Virus record (IMG/VR): IMGVR_UViG_3300044796_000662
Coordinates: 248,001 to 312,000 of that record
Length of the DNA: 64,000 bases
Strand: one strand, 5' to 3'
Positions within the stretch are counted from its first letter, which is position 1, and each line of letters starts with the position of its first letter. A program made the translations under genes and the position numbers. Positions 40,833-48,960 of this stretch are shown here, piece by piece. Under the pieces are notes generated by a model. That model made no database searches. It had not been told where the DNA came from and worked only from the letters and a program-made list of their open reading frames with translations.

Positions 40833-40872
40833 GTTCTATCGTCACTATCTGGCGTATCCATGACCTGTCCTT

Positions 40873-41418
40873 TCAGTATTCGTAGTGGACTCTCTCGCGC
40901 GGCGCTTTCAGCTTGTACTGTTTGAGCCAGGCGACGTTCTGGGACTTCTTCGCGAACTTCATGCAGAGGTCCCATGCGTCATCGCGGACGCCGCCTGGGA
41001 GCTTCTGACGGCCCGCGTAGCTCTCTCCGAGCAGCTTGCGGTGCCAAGAGGTGGTGGAGGTCTCCGGCAAGTGCTTGTCCACGATGGTAAGCAAGTGCTC
41101 GGGACCCGTCCCGATGAACTGCTCGTGCTCGTAGACACGAAGGCCGACGCCTCCGAACATCCCGTGACTGATTGGCTCGATGACCAAGTCTGCATCGGCC
41201 AGGATCGTGAAGAGCCTCACAACCTCTGCGTTCTTGAGTCGCTCACGCGGCTTCTTGGGTAGCGGTGGAAGGCTCGCCTTGCGCGCCTTCCAGATGGGAT
41301 CCTTGGACTTCCGGATGATGCCGTCCAGGCGTTGCTCCATCGGAGACCTCTTGTCCGGAGGCGGCCAGAGGTCCTCTTGGAGTTCCTTCATCCAGGAGCG
41401 GTCTGTTGCAGAGAGCAT
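40873..41418 (-). CDS. Hypothetical protein
   Basis: Start MLSATD, GGTGTA 9 nt upstream. Confidence 0.6.
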   Translation of the reverse strand: MLSATDRSWMKELQEDLWPPPDKRSPMEQRLDGIIRKSKDPIWKARKASLPPLPKKPRERLKNAEVVRLFTILADADLVIEPISHGMFGGVGLRVYEHEQFIGTGPEHLLTIVDKHLPETSTTSWHRKLLGESYAGRQKLPGGVRDDAWDLCMKFAKKSQNVAWLKQYKLKAPRERVHYEY

Positions 41419-41434
41419 AGTGACTGGTACACCG

Positions 41435-41510
41435 TGGTACCCCCGGCAGGGATCGAACCTGCGCTGGCCCGCTTTAGGAAAGCGGCGCTCTTCCGCTGAG
41501 CTACGGGGGC
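41435..41510 (-). tRNA. tRNA-Arg(CCT)
   Basis: Loop TTCCTAA, CCA. Confidence 0.92.
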
Positions 41511-41842
41511 ATGTGGGACGGCGCGGTACCGTCCGAAAGCATCTGTGCGAGTTGGACTCGGTCTTTGGAGACCATGAGATACTGGCGGAACACCACAAGT
41601 CGTCGCTCAGGGTCCATGGCGGGCATGAGGCTCTTCTGAAGCTCCGAGATCGTGATGCGCCATCCGTAGAAGCCGCTGCCGTCCAACATACGGGCCGGAG
41701 CGTTCTCCGTGGAGATGAACCCGATCGTGCGCGTCTTCGCGTCGTCGTGGGACGATACCTTATGGCCTGTCTCGGCGACATAGCGCTTGATGCTGTCGAT
41801 CATCGACCAGAATCGGTTGGTCCTGTAGTCGAACTCAGGCAT
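41501..41842 (-). CDS. Hypothetical protein
   Basis: SD GAGGAG, start MPEFDY. Confidence 0.55.
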   Translation of the reverse strand: MPEFDYRTNRFWSMIDSIKRYVAETGHKVSSHDDAKTRTIGFISTENAPARMLDGSGFYGWRITISELQKSLMPAMDPERRLVVFRQYLMVSKDRVQLAQMLSDGTAPSHMPP

Positions 41843-41880
41843 TTGGATTTGATCTCCTCTACAGAGATCCGATAGGAAGA

Positions 41881-42471
41881 CTACTTCTGCACGTCGTCGA
41901 TCCAGTAGGCGTCGAGGTCGGGCAGCTCCCAGCGAAGGCCGGTGCTGAGCGCGTACTTCCATGCGTAGTCCTTGGTCCAACCGAAGAGCTTCATCCCGAC
42001 AAGGGCCGAGATCATCCCGCCGCGGTCACGGTCGTGGACACACCCCCAAACGACCACATCTCCTCGGGCATGAGCGTCGAGGATGGCGTTGACGGCCTTG
42101 TCCACGTCGCTCTTCTTGGGCTTCACGAAGACAGTGAGAGGCTTGTCGTCCTCGGGGGTCAGCGGGACCTTGATGACGTTCCAACCGAACGCGTAGGCGG
42201 GCGACTCGTCTCCTTCCGCGTCGTCGTGCAGGACAACCTTGGTCACCCTCCTGTTGGGCTCCTCTACGATGTTCCGCAGAGCGTTCCAGGCCGCCTGATC
42301 GGACGGGATGCCCGTGCGCCACATCCCCGGAGCAAAGTTGTGCAGGTTGGGGATCCCCTGCGTGTTCGTGTCTGCGTACGAGGCAGGCAGGCAGCCTACC
42401 AAGAAGCAGGCGACCAGAAGTCCGACGATGAGTACCAGGACGATGGGGAGGGCCAAGATGAAACGGGCCAT
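41881..42471 (-). CDS. Secreted/membrane Cys-based phosphatase-like protein
   Basis: Signal-like N-terminus; CVHDRDRGG (Cx5R P-loop). Confidence 0.7.
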   Translation of the reverse strand: MARFILALPIVLVLIVGLLVACFLVGCLPASYADTNTQGIPNLHNFAPGMWRTGIPSDQAAWNALRNIVEEPNRRVTKVVLHDDAEGDESPAYAFGWNVIKVPLTPEDDKPLTVFVKPKKSDVDKAVNAILDAHARGDVVVWGCVHDRDRGGMISALVGMKLFGWTKDYAWKYALSTGLRWELPDLDAYWIDDVQK

Positions 42472-42499
42472 GCCCCATGCGCCCTCACGAAAGGACTAG

Positions 42500-42573
42500 G
42501 GTGAGCGGCGGGAATCGAACCCAGCGTAGACAGGGCCACAACCTGTTGCCTGAACCACTCGGCTACGCCCACC
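42500..42573 (-). tRNA. tRNA-His(GTG)
   Basis: G-1:C73, loop TTGTGGC. Confidence 0.92.
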
Positions 42574-42851
42574 ATACAGACAGAGAAAGGCGCACGCCGC
42601 CTACCGCGCGAACGTGCAACCCCACATGACCTTAGAGACGGTAGCTCGGTCCGGCGGATTGCCAGACCCATACACCGTCGAAGAGTTGGGGTTGGAGACG
42701 CGCTGGCCTAGCGCGCACTTACCGCTCCGGCGATCTGACCGAAGCCCCTCGGTATTCGTCCCCGGTCCCCCTTGCAAGGACCAGGTCCGCGCATCCCGAC
42801 GTGTAGAGCGGTGGTCAAGGGCCAGAGCACTACACTTTTGTCGGGGATTTG

Positions 42852-42982
42852 TGCCGCTCCCAGGAATCGAACCTGGAACTTGTATGCACGCCGGATGGTC
42901 CCCTCTCACAGGGACGAGATGGCAGGCAGGTTGCTTTTTGTTCGCGTTAAAGGTGCGAGTGGACAACCTTGTCCAGAGCGGC
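42852..42982 (-). ncRNA. tRNA-module chimera F (module in variable loop)
   Basis: Acceptor GCCGCTC/GAGCGGC, T arm, insert ...ATCTC-GTCCC..GGGAC-CATCC...TACAAG. Confidence 0.75.
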
Positions 42983-42990
42983 AGAAACTA

Positions 42991-43091
42991 GACCACATCC
43001 GAGGTGACGGAGCTGGGGGTGACCGACGCCCACTCCGGGGCGTCGGTCTGTCCTTTCCAGGGCTTGTGAGATCCGTCGAGAGGATGCGGTC
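42991..43091 (-). ncRNA. Module-only Y-like RNA H (no tRNA body)
   Basis: GACCGCATCC/GGATGTGGTC stem, TCTC/ACCTC loop, GACGGA/TCCGTC stem, CACAAGC. Confidence 0.7.
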
Positions 43092-43093
43092 GG

Positions 43094-43230
43094 AGCCGGG
43101 TCTCGGAGTCGAACCGAGAATGCTTGTGCGGACTGCGGGGAGCTTCCTTGCGGAAGCGAGGGGCAGACCTGGGTTGAGCTTGCGCTCCTCCGTGGAAGGG
43201 AGGTGACGGACCGACCGTCTGTAACCCGGC
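43094..43230 (-). ncRNA. tRNA-module chimera E (anticodon TCC)
   Basis: Acceptor GCCGGGT/ACCCGGC, D, anticodon and T arms, insert CTC-GCTTCC-GCAA-GGAAGC...CACAAGC. Confidence 0.75.
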
Positions 43231-43247
43231 ATGTGACAGTGAAGTTA

Positions 43248-43379
43248 GGAAGCGTCCGAGGTGTAGTGCGGGGTTTTGGCGCAATAGGCGGGAGTTGAAC
43301 CCGCAACTGTCAGCTTCGAAGGCTGATGCTCAACCATTGAGCATCTCTTGCATGTGCGCGCTACGGGTTGGACGTTTCC
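43248..43379 (-). ncRNA. Module D wrapped around tRNA-Arg(TCG)
   Basis: GGAAACGTCC/GGACGCTTCC, AACCC/ACCTC loop, GTAGCGCG/CGCACTAC, CACAT. Confidence 0.65.
43277..43351 (-). tRNA. tRNA-Arg(TCG) embedded in module D
   Basis: Loop CTTCGAA, GCCA end. Confidence 0.8.
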
Positions 43380-43381
43380 AG

Positions 43382-43490
43382 AGGGGCTTGCCGGAATCGA
43401 ACCGGCGAAGATCTTGTAGGCACTCAAGATGCCTCCTTGCGGAGGCGAGTGCGAGAGCCGTTCAGTTTGGGCGCCATGCCCAAAAGCCCC
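43382..43490 (-). ncRNA. tRNA-module chimera C (no anticodon arm)
   Basis: Acceptor GGGGCTT/AAGCCCC, T arm, CTC-GCCTCC-GCAA-GGAGGC...TACAAG. Confidence 0.72.
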
Positions 43491-43519
43491 AGAGGACAGT
43501 GACAGAAGATAAGTAGCAG

Positions 43520-43644
43520 AGACGGGTGAAGGAGTCGAACCTTCCAAGCTTGTAGACGCACGTGGCGGCTCCCTTGCGGGAGCGAGAGTGAGCGTCGGAT
43601 GTATCTCTTATGAGGAGAAGCGGGACCCACGTCCCTTACCCGTC
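43520..43644 (-). ncRNA. tRNA-module chimera B (anticodon CAT)
   Basis: Acceptor GACGGGT/ACCCGTC, loop CTCATAA, CTC-GCTCCC-GCAA-GGGAGC...TACAAGC. Confidence 0.75.
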
Positions 43645-43652
43645 ATGATTTC

Positions 43653-43791
43653 CCCCGCGTTCGAGTGACTGAGGCTTGTGCGTTGTGATCGTCCTTCAAA
43701 CGATTGCCTTACCATTTGGCTACGGTTCCCGAAGGAATCGACGGGATTCGAACCCGCATTGCTTGTGAGCCTCAACCTGATGAGCGCGAGG
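43653..43791 (-). ncRNA. Circularly permuted YrlA-like RNA G
   Basis: Order: module stem, CACAAGC, T arm, acceptor closed by TTCG, D arm, anticodon arm (GAA), module stem with CTCG. Confidence 0.8.
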
Positions 43792-43794
43792 TAG

Positions 43795-43923
43795 GGGGCA
43801 TTCCAGGAATCGAACCTGGGCTTGTAAGAACCGCGGGGGCTCCCTTTCGGGAGCGAGTTGCGGTGCTGATTCACGTGACCTGTTTTTCAGACAGATTGAG
43901 GAACCAACCTCGGTGAATGCCCC
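43795..43923 (-). ncRNA. tRNA-module chimera A (anticodon GAA)
   Basis: Acceptor GGGCATT/AATGCCC, loop CTGAAAA, CTC-GCTCCC-GAAA-GGGAGC...TACAAGC. Confidence 0.75.
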
Positions 43924-43959
43924 GTGCGCGGGATGAACACATCCCGTATTGCGTGTGAG

Positions 43960-43992
43960 AAGTTACGTGAAGTGGTCTTGACTGTCAAGACC
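43960..43992 (-). promoter_or_regulatory. Sigma70-type promoter with palindromic operator over -35, driving the ncRNA array
   Basis: TTGACA-N17-TAACTT; perfect palindrome GGTCTTGAC-A-GTCAAGACC at 43974-43992. Confidence 0.7.
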
Positions 43993-44003
43993 GTTTATGG
44001 GGG

Positions 44004-44579
44004 TCAGATGCGGATTGTGCCCGCTGGGGACACACTGAAGCCGATCTTCTGCCCGGTTGCGAAGTAGACCTTGATCGCGTGCGCGATGTACGCGCTCGTG
44101 ATGGCAAGGAACGGAAGATGCTCCCCGTTCTCGCAGGTCGCCGCGCTCGTGTTGGACTCGTCGTCGATGACGAAGTCCTCGTCCCAGACGACGCGTCCGA
44201 ACTGCCCGTCCGGCGCCACAGCCCCGTGCAGGCACGGGAGCTTGTTGGCTCGAACGAAGGTCTGGATGACCCGGCGCGAGGCGCCGTTGTCGAGGCAGTC
44301 GAGCACGAGGTCGCTCTTGCCGAGCAGCTCCTTGACGTTGTCGGCGACGAGCTTGTTGCCGTTCGTCTCGATCTTCGTGCCGAAGAGGAAGTTCATCGTC
44401 TGCTTCACGGCCTCGACCTTCGCCTTGCGGAGATGAGTCTTGCCGTGGAACTGGCTCTGCGTGTTCTTCTGCTCGACGTGATCGAAGTCGATGACCTTGA
44501 TGGCCACCTCGACGTTGCGGATGAACTGCACGACGTGGGAGCCGAGCGCTCCGACGCCGACGATGGTGATGTTCTTCAT
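44004..44579 (-). CDS. ThiF/E1-like adenylating enzyme
   Basis: GVGALGS, IDFDHVEQKN, K..K, DCLDN..SR, candidate catalytic Cys ATCE. Confidence 0.9.
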   Translation of the reverse strand: MKNITIVGVGALGSHVVQFIRNVEVAIKVIDFDHVEQKNTQSQFHGKTHLRKAKVEAVKQTMNFLFGTKIETNGNKLVADNVKELLGKSDLVLDCLDNGASRRVIQTFVRANKLPCLHGAVAPDGQFGRVVWDEDFVIDDESNTSAATCENGEHLPFLAITSAYIAHAIKVYFATGQKIGFSVSPAGTIRI

Positions 44580-44636
44580 CTGGATGCCTCCGTGTACCGT
44601 GGCCATGATACGTACCATGACCACGGTACTTGGTGG

Positions 44637-44909
44637 TCAGCTACCGAACGGCGTCTTCGGCCTGATCTGGATCAGGTTGAACGGACGCTGCTCGTTCGGA
44701 CGGAAGCGGTCCACCACGAAGTCGGTGAAGTCCACGTCCGCGTCAGCGCGGATGCCGGGCACGCTGCCGTTGGTGACAGCCTCCGTGATCCACTGCTTGA
44801 TGTCACCCTCGGTCGCGTCGAACGGCGCCGGGTTCGGGAGGTCGCCGTTCTGGCCCCTCCAGGTGATGTTGACACGTGCCTCGTGAGCGAGGATGTCGTT
44901 CTGGTTCAT
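44637..44909 (-). CDS. Ubiquitin-like (beta-grasp) protein, C-terminus PKTPFG-S
   Basis: 90 aa, SD AGGAGG, beta-grasp-like pattern, near-terminal Gly, between JAB and E1. Confidence 0.7.
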   Translation of the reverse strand: MNQNDILAHEARVNITWRGQNGDLPNPAPFDATEGDIKQWITEAVTNGSVPGIRADADVDFTDFVVDRFRPNEQRPFNLIQIRPKTPFGS

Positions 44910-45319
44910 GACGTTGCCTCCTTCTGATCTGATCGCGCGGTTTGAATCATGAGCGAGTGGGCGCGCAGCTCCACAAGCCATCCAGGCTCGTCCTGAACGA
45001 CGAAGCGTTGGTAGTCGTACTTTCCAGGCCCCGACCAGCGGGCCACGATGATGCGGTCGGAGCTGGTGATCCACCACTCCAAGCGCCGGTCGAGTGCCTG
45101 CTCCACTGCGTGGAAGGTTGTCACATCCGTCCACGACGGCCTGGGCATGCCCGAGCCGGGGTGGCTGTGTGCGAACCCGAGCAGGTTGTCTCGGTTGTCC
45201 CAGAGGACGTCCCACAGCTTGCGGCTGTCAGGAAGAGAACCGCCCGTGCGGTCTTCCGGAAGGTGCCAGTAGATGGGCTCCCCCTTAAGGTTGACCACCA
45301 CTCCTGCTTCGATCGTCAT
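44906..45319 (-). CDS. JAB/MPN+ metallopeptidase
   Basis: N-terminal E, HSHP...PSWTD (JAMM motif). Confidence 0.88.
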   Translation of the reverse strand: MTIEAGVVVNLKGEPIYWHLPEDRTGGSLPDSRKLWDVLWDNRDNLLGFAHSHPGSGMPRPSWTDVTTFHAVEQALDRRLEWWITSSDRIIVARWSGPGKYDYQRFVVQDEPGWLVELRAHSLMIQTARSDQKEATS

Positions 45320-45489
45320 GGGCGTCCCCGCTTCTGTTCGAGCCAGGCTTGGGCAGCGTCGCCGACGAGCGCGTTCTTCTGAGCCCACTGCTTCAGGCTC
45401 AGACCACTGCCCTCTTCCTTCCAACGTCGGATGAGGCGTTGACGCTCGCGGCGACCCAGACCCTTGCTCTTCTCTTCGTCAGTCCTCAT
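45316..45489 (-). CDS. 57-aa hypothetical protein (not in ORF track)
   Basis: MRTDEEKSKG...LKQWAQKN...GRP*; ATGA-coupled to JAB. Confidence 0.55.
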   Translation of the reverse strand: MRTDEEKSKGLGRRERQRLIRRWKEEGSGLSLKQWAQKNALVGDAAQAWLEQKRGRP

Positions 45490-46426
45490 CGACGTGCCGG
45501 AAGACGACGAGGCGTCTTTCCTTATCTGCTTGGTGGATTACACCGGGCAGAGACTCCAACGTGAAGTAGTTGTCTCCGCGCTCTCCGGTGCCGTGATCGA
45601 TCAGACAGATCCCAGCGTCGATGATCCTGAGGGTCTGAGCGTCACATACGCACTCGAAACGGCGCCGCAGCATGCGGTAGACCACCACCATCTCGTTGCG
45701 CTTACCTGCACGCCTGTGGTCAAGGTACTCGGCACCGCCAACGGCCAGAGCCGCACGCGCTGCCTCTCCGAAGTCTTCCTTGGCCATGTCGCGACGGCCC
45801 TGTGCGTTGCCGAGCTGCTCGAAGAGCTTCAGGCGACGTTCTTCACGTGCCAGGCGCTCCTCTTCCTCTCGACGCTGCCGCTCAAGCTCCTCACGCCGGC
45901 GCTGAGCCTCGATGCGCTGGTAGGCTTCCATGCGGAAAGCCGCGTCCAGAGCAGGCGCAACGCCCGCGATCATGTTCACCGACTCCTTCTGGTCGAAGAA
46001 CGACTTGAGCACCTCCTCTTCGGGGCCGAGCGGCATCTCCTGCCGCGCGTACACGAGAGGGCCGCCCTCATGCGTCCGTCCCGCGCTGACGCGAGCGAAC
46101 CTGTCGAGTCCCGGTTCGACGAGGAAGACAGGCTCCGAAGAGGCTGCGATCTTCGCCGGATTGGGATCGACTCGAACATCGTCTGCGATGAAGCGGTCTC
46201 CGACGAGGTACCCGCTCTTGAGATGGCGGAGCGACTCGACGGCGGCTTCGGCTTCCTTGCCGAAGGTCGCCTCACGGCTCTTCAGGTGGAAGGTGTACCA
46301 CCCGTGCTCGGGCGGCCTCTTCCCCTTGACCCGCCACGTACGCTCCCCGGCTCGGAGTTCGTTGTCTCCGACCCACGGCGCGACGAGGGTCTCGTCCGCC
46401 GCTTGAAGCAGATCCCTCCAGCCCAT
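45479..46426 (-). CDS. Putative divergent E2-like protein
   Basis: Coiled-coil linker, then DAGICL...FTLESLPGVI resembling the UBC GxICL...TL..VL core; operon context. Confidence 0.5.
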   Translation of the reverse strand: MGWRDLLQAADETLVAPWVGDNELRAGERTWRVKGKRPPEHGWYTFHLKSREATFGKEAEAAVESLRHLKSGYLVGDRFIADDVRVDPNPAKIAASSEPVFLVEPGLDRFARVSAGRTHEGGPLVYARQEMPLGPEEEVLKSFFDQKESVNMIAGVAPALDAAFRMEAYQRIEAQRRREELERQRREEEERLAREERRLKLFEQLGNAQGRRDMAKEDFGEAARAALAVGGAEYLDHRRAGKRNEMVVVYRMLRRRFECVCDAQTLRIIDAGICLIDHGTGERGDNYFTLESLPGVIHQADKERRLVVFRHVDED

Positions 46427-46503
46427 GGTCATCCTCATGTGGCAGGACAGAGGCGCACCGCCTTGCGAGCGATGCGCCCCGTCTCTGCTAGTAAGGAAGC
46501 GGC

Positions 46504-48399
46504 TCAGGCAGCCCAGGCGGGCTTGACGAGCAGCTTCGTGTTGACGATCTCGTCCACGAGCGAGACGCGCTGCGGAGCAACGGCCACGTTCGTGATGCCA
46601 ACCGGCGTCGCTGCGATGAGGTTGCGGATCGCACGCGGAATCGCGTACGGGTCCACGCGCCCATCCTGCGCGAGGTTGGCGAAGATCCGGTCGTCGATCG
46701 GCAGGCACGGGATGCCGAGCTGCGCCGCCGTATCACGGACAGCGCGGTCGCCTTCCCCACCGCCGACCTTCAGAAGACCGAACGCGATCGGGTTGATGCC
46801 CGAGTTGCGAACGTGCGGCATGAAGGCAGGAGCCTGCTCGTCGCCGACGAAGATCATGATGGCATCTTCACCCGGCCCCGGCTTGCGATCCTGGAGAGCA
46901 CGGACACCCTCACCGTACGAGGTACCACCGTTCGCGGCGATGCCGCGGAAGGCGTTCTCGATGCCGGCAGCCGATGCGTGCTTGATCTCGATGCGGCGCC
47001 CCGCCGTGTTGAAGACGGACACGTGCAGCTTGTCCAGCGGGAATGCCTGGAGGAACTGCGCGATGTACTTCTTCGCGGTCGGGATGCTGTTCACCATCGA
47101 GCCCGAGATGTCCAGGATGAAGTAGATGACGAGGCCCTTCATGACCTCGACGACCGCCTTCTGGAGCGCCTTGTCCGCGCCCTCCTGGAGCTTCTCCTTC
47201 ACTTCCTTGGACTTGACGCGCGTCGCGATGTTCGCCGCACGCATGTCCTCGGAAGCCGCATTCGCCTTCTCCCACCGCTCACGGACGTCCTGGACCTGCA
47301 TGAGGCCCAGCTCCTCGATGGTGGGAGTCAGGATGACGAGGTCCTTGTTCGAGAGCGAACCGGCCTCGATTGCGGCCGTCAGGATGGCCCGCGTCACACC
47401 GTTCGGCAGCATACCGACGATGCGCTTGTAGTTCGGGCGGTCCTTGACGATCCTCTCGCAGATCTGCTCCTCGGAGAGACCGACCCACGTTTCGGCTGCC
47501 TCGACGGCCTGGCCGATGGCCAGGGTCCTGCGACCATCCTTCGCCTGCGCCTGCTTCCAGCGCAACGTTTCGAAGAACTTCGTCGTGGTCGGCTTGTACC
47601 CGACGCGACGCGCGAGGTCCATGACGGTCTGACGGAAGCCAGCCTTCACGAGCCCTTCGAGCAGCTTCGGGTTCTCCTCACGGAAGAGGAGCCACTTCTC
47701 GACCGCCTTCTCCCAGCGACCGAGGAACGGCCTACGAGCCGACTTGCCGAACCCAAGCTCGCGGTTGATGGCCGCGACGCCAGGGAGCATGAGCACGTCG
47801 TACACGCGGAGCAGGAGCTTCGGGTTGAAGTCCTTGCCGTCCTTCGTGTGGAGCAGCATCATCGCCTCGCCGATGTCCCTGTAGTCCTCGTCGTGGAAGG
47901 CGACCTTCTTGCCGCCGTTCTCGGTATCGAGGACCGGGTCACCCTTGCGCGTCTGGACGAGCATGAGGGCGGCCAGGATCACCTTGAGGTCGCGGTGCTC
48001 CTGCTTGAACGCGTAGCTCGCCCAGTGGGCAGCGAACTCGTTGTCCTTCGCGTAGACGTCCGCAGCCTGCCGGTACATCCAGGTCGCGACCTCCGGGAAG
48101 ATGCCGGCCGAGCGGTACTCGCCGATGATGTTCCCGTTGTCCGCCTTGATCTGGTAGCCGTTGTCGGCCAGCGTGCCGACCTTGACCTTCGTGGTCTTCC
48201 GGCCGACCTTGTTGACCTGGTAGACGACCTTCTTCTTGTCGTCACCCTCGACCTTGTGGGTCACGGGGGTCCAGCGGACCCCGATCCTTGCGGACGGGTC
48301 GCGCACGACCATGCCAGGACGGTTGTGGACCATGTGGTCCGTGTAGCCGATGAGGGTCTGGATGATCCCCTCGGCAGCGCTCAGGTTTTCCTTGTCCAT
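46504..48399 (-). CDS. Ro60/TROVE-like helical domain plus C-terminal vWA protein
   Basis: 631 aa; helical N-part (KDNEFAAHWASYA), MIDAS DISGS...GGTS...GDEQ; start set at ATG 48399 because upstream is tRNA. Confidence 0.7.
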   Translation of the reverse strand: MDKENLSAAEGIIQTLIGYTDHMVHNRPGMVVRDPSARIGVRWTPVTHKVEGDDKKKVVYQVNKVGRKTTKVKVGTLADNGYQIKADNGNIIGEYRSAGIFPEVATWMYRQAADVYAKDNEFAAHWASYAFKQEHRDLKVILAALMLVQTRKGDPVLDTENGGKKVAFHDEDYRDIGEAMMLLHTKDGKDFNPKLLLRVYDVLMLPGVAAINRELGFGKSARRPFLGRWEKAVEKWLLFREENPKLLEGLVKAGFRQTVMDLARRVGYKPTTTKFFETLRWKQAQAKDGRRTLAIGQAVEAAETWVGLSEEQICERIVKDRPNYKRIVGMLPNGVTRAILTAAIEAGSLSNKDLVILTPTIEELGLMQVQDVRERWEKANAASEDMRAANIATRVKSKEVKEKLQEGADKALQKAVVEVMKGLVIYFILDISGSMVNSIPTAKKYIAQFLQAFPLDKLHVSVFNTAGRRIEIKHASAAGIENAFRGIAANGGTSYGEGVRALQDRKPGPGEDAIMIFVGDEQAPAFMPHVRNSGINPIAFGLLKVGGGEGDRAVRDTAAQLGIPCLPIDDRIFANLAQDGRVDPYAIPRAIRNLIAATPVGITNVAVAPQRVSLVDEIVNTKLLVKPAWAA

Positions 48400-48520
48400 C
48401 TTCGATCCGATCTCGGCCCCCGCACATGGGGCCGCGTCGCTACATACACCGCTCGGTGTGCGGACCCCCAGATTGAGGGTCGAGTTTCCGAACGGTGGTT
48501 GAGCGCGACGATGCGCTCGG

Positions 48521-48593
48521 GGTGACGTACGGGAATCGAACCCGCCAGAGACCGATTCACAGTCGGCCGTGTTCGCCAGCTCACTCACGCCAC
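48521..48593 (-). tRNA. tRNA-His(GTG)
   Basis: Loop CTGTGAA, C73. Confidence 0.82.
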
Positions 48594-48595
48594 AG

Positions 48596-48669
48596 TCGGG
48601 GTGACAGGACTCGAACCTGCGAAAAACGTGCACCCAAAGCACGCGCACTAGCCGCTATGCGACACCCCG
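48596..48669 (-). tRNA. tRNA-Pro(TGG)
   Basis: Loop TTTGGGT. Confidence 0.9.
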
Positions 48670-48694
48670 AAGTACCTATCGACCCCCTTACACC

Positions 48695-48955
48695 ATGGGG
48701 TCTGTCATCCACCGAGTCGCTGCACGGTTCGCCTTCAAGTACGAGCCGAAGGAGACCAAGCAGCACAGGGCAGAAAAGCTGCGCGACGCCATCCGCGAGG
48801 CCACCGGGCTCTCCAGGGGGATGAGCGAGGCCATCGCAGATGCCGTCGTTCGTGGACGCGAGGTCGAACGCCTCGCGCTTCAGAAGAGCTGGCCCATCGA
48901 GGACGGGGTCATCATCGGACCGTCCGGGCAGTTGCCTCTTCAGAACTTGACCTAA
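48695..48955 (+). CDS. Hypothetical protein with RVAARF tag
   Basis: MGSVIHRVAARFAFKY. Confidence 0.7.
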   Translation: MGSVIHRVAARFAFKYEPKETKQHRAEKLRDAIREATGLSRGMSEAIADAVVRGREVERLALQKSWPIEDGVIIGPSGQLPLQNLT

Positions 48956-48960
48956 GGGTT

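Noticed and set aside
42852-43923. Reading the chimeras as intron-containing tRNAs
   Set aside because: Inserts sit in the variable loop, are too short for group I introns, show no bulge-helix-bulge, and the same module occurs as a terminal stem in the permuted copies.
48400-48648. N-terminal extension of the vWA ORF (and similar extensions 25493-25627, 33815-33865, 41419-41781)
   Set aside because: They run through tRNA/tmRNA genes; better downstream starts exist.
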